A stretch of DNA of 36,586 bases from a virus. A program made the translations under genes and the position numbers. Position 1 is the stretch's first letter. Each line of letters starts with the position of its first letter. Location of the stretch: the IMG/VR virus record IMGVR_UViG_3300045988_087733, positions 1-36,586 of that record. One strand, given 5' to 3'. Shown here one piece after another: positions 7,841 to 15,327 of this stretch. A model generated the notes under the pieces. It saw nothing but the letters and a program-made list of their open reading frames with translations, was not told the origin of the DNA and made no database searches.

Positions 7841-8007
7841 TGAAAAATAGTAATGGTGGAATTGGATTTGTTGGATTATTAACAATAGCATTTATAGTAT
7901 TAAAATTATTAAAAGTAATAAGTTGGAGTTGGTTATGGGTACTTAGCCCTTTATGGATAGCAGCATTATTAATAATAATTATAATAATAATTTATATTTT
8001 ATTATAG
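7840..8007 (+). CDS. Very small hydrophobic protein (two TM segments)
   Basis: 55-aa ORF MKNSNGGIGFVGLLTIAFIVLKLLKVISWSWLWVLSPLWIAALLIIIIIIIIYILL; ATG overlaps the previous stop. Confidence 0.5.
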   Translation: MKNSNGGIGFVGLLTIAFIVLKLLKVISWSWLWVLSPLWIAALLIIIIIIIYILL

Positions 8008-8016
8008 GAGGATTAA

Positions 8017-8112
8017 ATGATTTTATACATACCATTAATATTCTGGGGGTTAATTGGTATAGGAGCAATTATAGGATTAATTATGATGATAAAGGGGTGG
8101 AAGGATGAATAA
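8017..8112 (+). CDS. Micro membrane protein
   Basis: 31-aa ORF MILYIPLIFWGLIGIGAIIGLIMMIKGWKDE preceded by TAGGAGG, overlaps next ATG. Confidence 0.4.
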   Translation: MILYIPLIFWGLIGIGAIIGLIMMIKGWKDE

Positions 8113-8599
8113 AGAATTAGTTTTTAAAAAAGAAATGAGAGCCTTTGATATTAATGTTGATGATATTAAACCTGATGAACATATTTTTGGAGCAATAGAA
8201 GAAGCAATGATAAAAATGAGAAATGAATGCTTAATTGATAGATTAGAAGTTGTATTAAACAATAATTTAATAGATATAAAAGATAAAATTACAGTTAATA
8301 GAACAATACTTGGTTGCAGGCTTTCATATGCTGATTTATCTAAAGATGTATCGTTTATTGTAAGACAGGATAATGAGCCAACTTACGAACAATTACAACA
8401 AGAAAACAAACTATTAAAAGATAATTGGAATAAATTAAAAGAAGATTTGATAAATGATATAAATTATTGGCAAGAACAAGAAAAAGAATGGGCTAAATTA
8501 GGTTTTATAAAGTTTGGCGGAGAAGCAAATAGTAAAATCATCTTTAAAAAAGTTCTAGATAAAATGCGAGAATTACAAGGAAGTAATAGTAATGAATAA
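8105..8599 (+). CDS. Hypothetical protein
   Basis: 164 aa ORF. Confidence 0.5.
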   Translation: MNKELVFKKEMRAFDINVDDIKPDEHIFGAIEEAMIKMRNECLIDRLEVVLNNNLIDIKDKITVNRTILGCRLSYADLSKDVSFIVRQDNEPTYEQLQQENKLLKDNWNKLKEDLINDINYWQEQEKEWAKLGFIKFGGEANSKIIFKKVLDKMRELQGSNSNE

Positions 8600-8852
8600 G
8601 GAATTAATATTAAAAAACAAATATAAGGTAATTTATATACCAAAAACAAAAGCAAAAGCCTTTGAGAATATAAAAAATGGGGATATTATAGAAATAACAT
8701 TGCCACTAACACATAAAAGAAGTGGAGATAATAATTCATTAATAGCTTATTATCCGATTATAAATGGTAATGAAAGTGTCAATATACCAACTATAAAAAA
8801 ATTATTAGAGAAAGGTATGATTTTGGAAGAAATAGAAGGAAATGATAAATAA
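8592..8852 (+). CDS. Hypothetical protein
   Basis: 86 aa ORF, overlapping start/stop with neighbours. Confidence 0.5.
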   Translation: MNKELILKNKYKVIYIPKTKAKAFENIKNGDIIEITLPLTHKRSGDNNSLIAYYPIINGNESVNIPTIKKLLEKGMILEEIEGNDK

Positions 8853-9271
8853 TGAATAGGAAAATAAAATTTAGAGCATGGGATAGTGTTCATAATAGAA
8901 TAATTTATTCTGACAAGCATTTAGGCTATATGCCTTTTGATGACAATTGCTTTTGCAATTATGATTTTAATATATCAAAAAAAGGTGCTTATTGTTTTGC
9001 TTATGATGATTATAACGATGAAATAACTAACAAAACTGATTTACCTATTATGATGTGGACGGGATTAAAGGATAAAAATGGTGTAGAAGTTTACGAAGGA
9101 GATAAAGTTATGTTTGATTATGAATGGACTAAACCTGATGAAATTGGTATTATAATTTGGAATAAAGATACGGCTAGTTTTCAAATAAAAGGTCATATTC
9201 CTAGTTCTTCTATGAAACATTTAGATAGAATGAAAGTAATAGGAAACATTTATGAAAATGAGGTTGATTAA
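8852..9271 (+). CDS. YopX family protein
   Basis: NRKIKFRAWDSVHNRIIY...MMWTGLKDKNGVEVYEGDKVMF...VIGNIYENEV is the YopX signature. Confidence 0.85.
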   Translation: MNRKIKFRAWDSVHNRIIYSDKHLGYMPFDDNCFCNYDFNISKKGAYCFAYDDYNDEITNKTDLPIMMWTGLKDKNGVEVYEGDKVMFDYEWTKPDEIGIIIWNKDTASFQIKGHIPSSSMKHLDRMKVIGNIYENEVD

Positions 9272-9502
9272 ATGAAACTACAAAACATTAGAGAAATGAA
9301 CGATAGAGAACTTTACACTTTTATAAACAATATTTCTAATAACAATGGTCGTATTTGTTGTAAATGTGGAAAGATAGTTTATCGAGAAAATAGAATAACT
9401 ATTTCAAGAAATGTTGATGTGGCAACAAAAAAGATATGTTGTCTATGCAAAGAATGTTATGCTGATTTGTTAGATTGGTTAGGAGTAAATGATTGCGAGT
9501 AA
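9272..9502 (+). CDS. Small Cys-rich (zinc-finger-like) protein
   Basis: CCKCGK...CCLCKECY. Confidence 0.5.
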   Translation: MKLQNIREMNDRELYTFINNISNNNGRICCKCGKIVYRENRITISRNVDVATKKICCLCKECYADLLDWLGVNDCE

Positions 9503-9516
9503 GGAGATGATAAATA

Positions 9517-9753
9517 ATGAATATGGATTTTGAAACAATCATGAAGAAACAGTTAGAACAAATTGTTAGTAATGAAGTTGATGAATTAATTCATGATGAA
9601 GTTAATAAATTTTATAGAAAGTTATCTGAAAAAAAAGAAAATTATATAGCAGAATTAATGAAAAGTATAAGAATATGTAGTGAACAACAAACAATAGACC
9701 ACATTCCTAGATATTTAGTTACTATCGAGAATACATACAGAATTGAAAAGTAG
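9517..9753 (+). CDS. Hypothetical protein
   Basis: 78 aa ORF. Confidence 0.45.
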   Translation: MNMDFETIMKKQLEQIVSNEVDELIHDEVNKFYRKLSEKKENYIAELMKSIRICSEQQTIDHIPRYLVTIENTYRIEK

Positions 9754-10042
9754 GAGGTATTTAATTATGAAAGTTAATTATAATGAATCAAATTATGTAA
9801 ATGAAAATGGTTGTGAATATTGCAGAGGGGAAAAAGATATATCTAATAAGATATTTGAAGATGGCTCTACATATAGTGATACAATTATGCAAGTTAGAGT
9901 TACAGATGATATATTACGAAAGATAAAAGTATTAGAAGTTGCACCAGTTAAATACAGAAATGGAGAACCATCAAAAAACATATATCATGAATTTTTAATA
10001 AATTATTGTCCTATGTGTGGAAGAAAAATAAATAATAAATAA
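9743..10042 (+). CDS. Small zinc-binding-like protein
   Basis: 99 aa with CEYCRG ... CPMCGRK at the two ends. Confidence 0.55.
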   Translation: MKSRRYLIMKVNYNESNYVNENGCEYCRGEKDISNKIFEDGSTYSDTIMQVRVTDDILRKIKVLEVAPVKYRNGEPSKNIYHEFLINYCPMCGRKINNK

Positions 10043-10088
10043 TCAATAAATTAATAGAAGAAATAAATAAATTAAAAGGAGAAAAGTA

Positions 10089-10418
10089 ATGGAATTATGG
10101 ATAAGAAGTCAAGATAGGAAAGATTTAGTTAAAGTTAATTCTTTATGGATAATGGATAATCAAATATGGATGGAAGTTCCTTTTTATGAAAATCATAAGA
10201 AGTTAGGATTAACTGTATCAGGACACAATCATAAGTTAGCAGAATATAAAACAAAAGAAAGAGCATTAGAAGTATTAGATGAAATACAAAGAATAATATA
10301 TCCAAAAGAGTATATAGAATTTAACTCAAAAATAATAAATAAAAGTAAAACAGAAGTAATTAAAGATCATTATAGCAGTTATTTAAGTTCTTATGTTTAT
10401 GAAATGCCAGAAAAATAG
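10089..10418 (+). CDS. Hypothetical protein
   Basis: MELWIRSQDRKDLVKVNSLWIMDN...LGxY-type N-terminus seen in Firmicutes phages. Confidence 0.5.
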   Translation: MELWIRSQDRKDLVKVNSLWIMDNQIWMEVPFYENHKKLGLTVSGHNHKLAEYKTKERALEVLDEIQRIIYPKEYIEFNSKIINKSKTEVIKDHYSSYLSSYVYEMPEK

Positions 10419-10426
10419 GAGGAATT

Positions 10427-10600
10427 ATGAAAGATATAAATATAAATTATGATGGTTTCAATTTTGAAGAAAAGATAACATTAAAAATAAATTATTTATT
10501 AAGTTTACCAGCAAGTGAAGCAGTAAAGAGTGCCTTACTTAACTTGAAATGGGTACTAGAGATATATCAAGAAGAAAAAGTGAAAGGTAAACCTAGATAA
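10427..10600 (+). CDS. Small hypothetical protein
   Basis: 57-aa ORF with TAGGAGG RBS; not in the supplied track because of length. Confidence 0.45.
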   Translation: MKDININYDGFNFEEKITLKINYLLSLPASEAVKSALLNLKWVLEIYQEEKVKGKPR

Positions 10601-10833
10601 TGAAAAAATCATTTTGCTGTAATGAAGATATGATTTATCTGGGGAAAACACAAAAAAATCAAATAACGCAATTCTTGGGCGATACATATAATTATTGTTG
10701 TTCTAAATGTGGTGATGTGGAATGGTCTACTGAAAAAGAAAAAACTAAATATAAGTGGTATAAATTTGATAAAGATAAATTAAAAAAATTATTGAAAATC
10801 GAGGAGGTAAGTAATGGAAAAATTAAAAATTAA
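10600..10833 (+). CDS. Small Cys-containing protein
   Basis: CCNEDMIYLG...YCCSKCGDVEWSTEK. Confidence 0.5.
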   Translation: MKKSFCCNEDMIYLGKTQKNQITQFLGDTYNYCCSKCGDVEWSTEKEKTKYKWYKFDKDKLKKLLKIEEVSNGKIKN

Positions 10834-11209
10834 ATTAAAAGAAAATCTAGCAGTATGTTTTGATTTTGATGGAGTAATTCATAAATATAGAAAAGGTTGG
10901 CAAGATGGAAGCATATATGATGAATATAATAAAAATGCTATAGATTTAATAGTAGTATTACAACATATGAATATACCTGTATTTATATGTTCTACAAGAA
11001 ATCCGCAACAAATAAAAGAATGGTTTGATAAAACTATAATCGGTTTTAGAAATGAAATAATAAACGATGACACAACATTTTGGAATGACTTAAGAGTTGT
11101 AGGTATAACAAATAGAAAACTTCCAGCCCAATTATACATAGATGATAGAGCCTATAAATATGAGAACCAAAGTGTTCAAGAATTTCTAAAAAGTTTGGGT
11201 GTCAAATAA
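10814..11209 (+). CDS. HAD-like hydrolase
   Basis: FDFDGVIHKY motif I, CSTRNP motif II, LYIDDRAY motif. Confidence 0.75.
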   Translation: MEKLKIKLKENLAVCFDFDGVIHKYRKGWQDGSIYDEYNKNAIDLIVVLQHMNIPVFICSTRNPQQIKEWFDKTIIGFRNEIINDDTTFWNDLRVVGITNRKLPAQLYIDDRAYKYENQSVQEFLKSLGVK

Positions 11210-11373
11210 TGGAACCTCATAGAAGAAGAGAGCTATTAAAGATAAGAAAGTCTTTTTTGGAAAGGTATAAACTTGCCAAACAATTTAAAGATATTTTTTA
11301 TACTGAATATTTTGCAAAGCAAATAAAAGATATAGATGAAGAATTGGAGGCAATAAACAATGAGAAGATATAA
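11209..11373 (+). CDS. Small hypothetical protein
   Basis: 54-aa ORF MEPHRRRELLKIRKSFLERYKLAKQF..., ATG overlaps upstream stop. Confidence 0.4.
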   Translation: MEPHRRRELLKIRKSFLERYKLAKQFKDIFYTEYFAKQIKDIDEELEAINNEKI

Positions 11374-11716
11374 AAGTGGTAGTTTTGATATAGAACATCC
11401 TATTTTAAGTATACTTTTGAATATTATTGTATGGTTAGGATTAATCATTGTCGTGTTCATTATAGGTGTTATTTTAATCATATTAATAATGTTACCATTT
11501 AATAATTGCTATGAAGGTTCAAAAATATTTGAGTATGAAGATTTAAATGGAAATATAGGAACTGCTTCTAATTGCCAATATACAGATAAAGAAAACAGAA
11601 GCGGTGGTATGGGAGAACCGATTTGTTTTGTTGGAGCTAAAGTTATAGCAGTGAAGTGGTATGAAGATAAAACACAATATGGTAGTTGCAAAGAAATGAT
11701 GTTTGGAGGTAAATAA
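11360..11716 (+). CDS. Hypothetical membrane protein
   Basis: 118 aa, TM LNIIVWLGLIIVVFIIGVILIILIM. Confidence 0.5.
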   Translation: MRRYKSGSFDIEHPILSILLNIIVWLGLIIVVFIIGVILIILIMLPFNNCYEGSKIFEYEDLNGNIGTASNCQYTDKENRSGGMGEPICFVGAKVIAVKWYEDKTQYGSCKEMMFGGK

Positions 11717-11955
11717 TGAAGTTAATATTAGGAAAATTAAACAATGGTGCTATTTTTTACTGGGATATATCTCATCTGCAATTGAAACCAGTAGTAGGAG
11801 ATTATGCAATAGTAGGAAATAAAAATGATTATGATCTAGTAAAGATAATAGGAATAGTAGAAACTAGTGAAAAATATTATAAACAATTAACTCATGATTG
11901 TGAATTAAAACAAGCTGTATGCTTATTAAAAAGAAATATGATTAGAAATGATTAA
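11716..11955 (+). CDS. Hypothetical protein
   Basis: 79 aa ORF. Confidence 0.45.
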   Translation: MKLILGKLNNGAIFYWDISHLQLKPVVGDYAIVGNKNDYDLVKIIGIVETSEKYYKQLTHDCELKQAVCLLKRNMIRND

Positions 11956-11993
11956 CAATATAGGGGAAATAAGGTTATGGAAAGGGGAAGTAA

Positions 11994-12440
11994 ATGTATA
12001 TAGAATACAATGAGCTGTTAAAGCAATTCAAAAAAGCAGAGAGAAACTATAACGAAGCATTAGAAAAGAAAAGTGAATTAATATTATCTGTAATGCCAGG
12101 GGCGGTAAAGCCTAAAGAAGTTATGGTAACCATAAATACTTCACCAGACACTAATTTAATTAACTACACGAGTGAAATAGATGAAGTTGATAAATTGATT
12201 AACCAAAGTAGAAATACACGAGATATGCTAAATTATGAGCTTAAGAAGAAGCTCATAAAAATGAAAGAAGAAGGGGATGTATATGACAAAATATACATCT
12301 ATAGATGGATAGAACATAGATCTGTGTATAAATTTCATAAATTAGTTGGTTATAGTAAAACACAAGTATATGATTATATTTCAGAAATGAAGAAAAAATT
12401 ATATAAAAATGAAAGTTCGGACAAAATCGGACAAATCTAG
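11994..12440 (+). CDS. Late transcriptional regulator-like protein (DUF1492/ArpU/RinA type)
   Basis: 148 aa; C-terminal sigma region 4-like YIYRWIEHRSVYKFHKLVGYSKTQVYDYISEMKKKL, located immediately before the packaging module. Confidence 0.6.
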   Translation: MYIEYNELLKQFKKAERNYNEALEKKSELILSVMPGAVKPKEVMVTINTSPDTNLINYTSEIDEVDKLINQSRNTRDMLNYELKKKLIKMKEEGDVYDKIYIYRWIEHRSVYKFHKLVGYSKTQVYDYISEMKKKLYKNESSDKIGQI

Positions 12441-12453
12441 GTATACAATGATA

Positions 12454-12481
12454 TTGTGATAATATATAGTTCACATATTAT
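12454..12481 (+). promoter_or_regulatory. Putative promoter TTGTGA-16 bp-TATTAT with embedded TGTGA-N11-TCACA inverted repeat
   Basis: -35-like 12454-12459; -10-like 12476-12481; inverted repeat 12455-12459/12471-12475. Confidence 0.4.
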
Positions 12482-12488
12482 ACCTCAC

Positions 12489-12770
12489 ACTACCTATTAG
12501 TAGGTAGTATAGAATAGATATATAAATATGAAGCATAGATAACGTTGGCATTACTTGGTAAGTAAAAGAACCATTTTATAATGACTATGCTGTGAGAATA
12601 CTTTTACAGGATTAATTATTAATTGCAAGTGATATTTAATTCAAATTCGTTTATATCTATTCTATAGTACTTACTAATACGAGATTACATACCTCCTTTA
12701 CTCTATTAAATGATATTTATCTTTTTCATTTAGTATGTAATCAGAATATGGACACATTAGTGTCTTTTTA
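12489..12770 (+). ncRNA. Structured non-coding RNA candidate (or long structured late-operon leader)
   Basis: 28-position helix 12495-12522/12652-12679 (26 Watson-Crick, 1 GU, 1 mismatch), helices 12532-12538/12585-12591, 12683-12692/12733-12742 and 12707-12713/12726-12732, ending in a hairpin plus U tract. Confidence 0.7.
12751..12770 (+). terminator. Short intrinsic terminator (GACAC-ATTA-GTGTC-TTTTTA)
   Basis: 5-bp stem 12751-12755/12760-12764 followed by TTTTT. Confidence 0.45.
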
Positions 12771-12794
12771 TTATGCAAAAAAGGGTTGATTAGT

Positions 12795-12926
12795 ATGAAC
12801 TATAAAAAGTGTATGAAGAATAATACTTGCAAAACTTGTAGTGATTATTTGTTTTGTAAAGAAGAAACACCAAAAAGAGGCAAAAAGAAAAACAAGAAGG
12901 CAAACTTGTATAAAAATAGGAAGTGA
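12795..12926 (+). CDS. Small Cys-containing basic protein
   Basis: 43-aa ORF MNYKKCMKNNTCKTCSDYLFCKEETPKRGKKKNKKANLYKNRK, just upstream of terS. Confidence 0.45.
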   Translation: MNYKKCMKNNTCKTCSDYLFCKEETPKRGKKKNKKANLYKNRK

Positions 12927-12931
12927 TGAAG

Positions 12932-13423
12932 ATGGCTAAAGGTAAAAAGCTTAATAATGAAATGATATACAAAATAATGCTTAGTTATGCTGTTACAAGA
13001 AATTATAGTGAAACAGGAAGAAACTTGAATGTTCCAGAATCAACTGTTAGGAAAGTAATAGCAGATAACAAAGATAATGAAGATTTTGCTATACTATGCG
13101 GTAAAAAAAGAGATGAGTTCGTAGAAAAGGCAAATCAAATTATTGATAAAGCAACTAATTTACTTGAAAAAAGATTAGATACTGCTTTAGAAAAGCAAGA
13201 AGAACTAGAAGAAATATTAGAAGAAGCATTGAGTATGGAAAATGAAGAATTTAATACTAGCGAAAAGAAAGCTTTGATTAAAAGAATAAATAAACTTCAA
13301 ATAAATGGATTAAGTGAAATTACCACAGCCATAGGAACTATGTATGACAAGAGAGCTTTGGCTCAAGGTGATCCAACAAGCAACGAGAGAGTAACTATAA
13401 ATATAGAATTGACTGATGAGTAA
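12932..13423 (+). CDS. terS: Terminase small subunit-like (track start 12923; ATG 12932 preferred)
   Basis: N-terminal HTH (NYSETGRNLNVPESTVRKVI) directly upstream of terL. Confidence 0.7.
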   Translation: MAKGKKLNNEMIYKIMLSYAVTRNYSETGRNLNVPESTVRKVIADNKDNEDFAILCGKKRDEFVEKANQIIDKATNLLEKRLDTALEKQEELEEILEEALSMENEEFNTSEKKALIKRINKLQINGLSEITTAIGTMYDKRALAQGDPTSNERVTINIELTDE

Positions 13424-14919
13424 TGGAAGTAAACATAAAAATATCGAAAAAAGTATTTAATGATGTATATATACCATATCTTGGCAACACAGATAGATAT
13501 TTGATATTTTATGGTGGTGCTGGTAGTGGTAAGTCTTTCTTCATTGTTGAAAGATACATATATAAAATACTTAATTCAAAATTAATGAACTTATTAACAG
13601 TTCGTGCTACTGGTAAGAGTAATAGAGATAGTACATTTGCTTTGTTCAAGCAAGTTATTAATAAATGGCATTTAGGTATGCACTTTAAAATAAATGAAAG
13701 TGATCTAAGAATAAAGTGTTTACTTAATGGTAATGAGATAATATTCAGCGGACTAGATGATGTTGAAAAGTTAAAATCAGTTACTTTTAGCAAAGGTGAA
13801 CTTACTGATATCTGGATAGAAGAAGCTTCTGAAATACTAGAAAGTGATTTCAATCAATTAGATGTCAGATTAAGAGGAAAAGGAACTAAAAAGCAAATAG
13901 TTATATCTTTTAATCCGATTGATATTAATCATTGGCTAAAAAAGAAGTTCTTTGATGTACCAAGAGATAATTTAACTATAGTACATACAACATATAAGGA
14001 TAATAAGTTCTTAGATGAAGATTATAAGAAGCTACTAGAAAGTTATAAGTATACTGATGAGTATTATTATAATGTGTACTGCTTAGGTCAATGGGGTGTT
14101 CTAGGAAAGACTGTATTTGATGCGAGAGCAGTAAGCAGAAGATTGCAAGAAATAACTAGACCTATCAAGACTGGTTATTTTGAATATAAATATGATGATA
14201 CAATGCCTGCTGGAAAGAAGATTACTGATGTAAAATGGGTAAATGATGAAAATGGTTATATAGAACTATATGAATTGCCTAACCTATACAAATATTGCAT
14301 AGGTGGTGATACTGCTGGTGATGGCTCTGACTGGTTTACTGGGCATGTACTTAATGCAAAGACTGGCAAACAAGTTGCAAGGCTAAGACATCAAATGGAT
14401 GAGGATCTATATGTAAGGCAAATGTATTGTTTAGGTTGGTATTATGCTAATAAAAACTTAAAAACTGGTGTAGTAACACCTGCTCTTATGTGTATTGAAA
14501 GTAACTTTAGTAGTTTTCCTAATAAAGAACTAGTAAGGTTAGGCTATCCTAATATGTTCGTAAGAGAGAAAGAAGATAGATATACAGGTATAATGGACAA
14601 GTCTTATGGATTTAAGACCACTTCATTAACCAGACCTGTTATAATAGCAGAACTAGTTAAAATAGTTCGTGAATCTGTTGAACTAATAAATGATAAATTA
14701 ACACTTGAAGAGATGCTAACTTTTGTCAGAAATGAAAAAGGAAGGCCAGAAGCACAACAAGGAGCCCATGATGATTTAGTTATGGGGCTTGCTATAGCCT
14801 ATTATTCAAGGACGCAAGTAATATTCGATGTTGAGCCGATAGAAGTAAGCCAAGCATTCAATTTCAAGTCAGAAGAGCCACTAGAGGCTGATTATGGAGA
14901 GGAAATAGTGATTGTATAA
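13423..14919 (+). CDS. terL: Terminase large subunit (PBSX-type)
   Basis: 498 aa; GGAGSGKSFF Walker A, LTDIWIEEASEI Walker B, FNPID, C-terminal nuclease region GAHDDLVMGLAIA. Confidence 0.95.
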   Translation: MEVNIKISKKVFNDVYIPYLGNTDRYLIFYGGAGSGKSFFIVERYIYKILNSKLMNLLTVRATGKSNRDSTFALFKQVINKWHLGMHFKINESDLRIKCLLNGNEIIFSGLDDVEKLKSVTFSKGELTDIWIEEASEILESDFNQLDVRLRGKGTKKQIVISFNPIDINHWLKKKFFDVPRDNLTIVHTTYKDNKFLDEDYKKLLESYKYTDEYYYNVYCLGQWGVLGKTVFDARAVSRRLQEITRPIKTGYFEYKYDDTMPAGKKITDVKWVNDENGYIELYELPNLYKYCIGGDTAGDGSDWFTGHVLNAKTGKQVARLRHQMDEDLYVRQMYCLGWYYANKNLKTGVVTPALMCIESNFSSFPNKELVRLGYPNMFVREKEDRYTGIMDKSYGFKTTSLTRPVIIAELVKIVRESVELINDKLTLEEMLTFVRNEKGRPEAQQGAHDDLVMGLAIAYYSRTQVIFDVEPIEVSQAFNFKSEEPLEADYGEEIVIV

Positions 14920-15065
14920 TGAAAAAGAAAATGTTAAGAAAGTTAAGAGAAACTTGCAATGAATTAATTGGAGAGAAAGAAACTAATAAGATAATAACTG
15001 AAGCGATAGAGGAAGTATTAGAAGAAACTAAACCTAAAAAGAAAACAAAAAAAGGTGATAAGTAA
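14919..15065 (+). CDS. Small basic/acidic hypothetical protein
   Basis: 48-aa ORF MKKKMLRKLRETCNELIGEKETNKIITEAIEEVLEETKPKKKTKKGDK between terL and the next gene, overlapping both by one base. Confidence 0.45.
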   Translation: MKKKMLRKLRETCNELIGEKETNKIITEAIEEVLEETKPKKKTKKGDK

Positions 15066-15316
15066 TGGAAACAATAGCATTACTTTTTTTATTTGGTATT
15101 TTTATAATTTTATCTTATACTTTAGGACTTAGAAATGGCCAAAAGTTAAAGAACAATGAAGAAATAAAAATACCAGAAATTAATCCCATTAAGATAGTTA
15201 GAAATGAAATAGAAACTTTTGAACAAAAGAAGAAACAAGATGCCTATGATACTATGATGGCTAATATTGATAACTATGATGGAACAGGACTAGGACAGAA
15301 AGATATACCTAGTTAG
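15065..15316 (+). CDS. Small membrane protein
   Basis: 83 aa, N-terminal TM LLFLFGIFIILSYTLGL. Confidence 0.5.
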   Translation: METIALLFLFGIFIILSYTLGLRNGQKLKNNEEIKIPEINPIKIVRNEIETFEQKKKQDAYDTMMANIDNYDGTGLGQKDIPS

Positions 15317-15327
15317 GAGGTGTCAAG

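Noticed and set aside
12253-12474. Minus-strand ORF overlapping the regulator and promoter region
   Set aside because: Composition of an antisense artefact; no RBS or neighbouring minus-strand genes.
12489-12770. Group I/II intron or homing endonuclease insertion as an explanation for the structured region
   Set aside because: The region interrupts no gene, has no recognisable intron core or endonuclease ORF, and is bounded by its own promoter-like and terminator-like signals.
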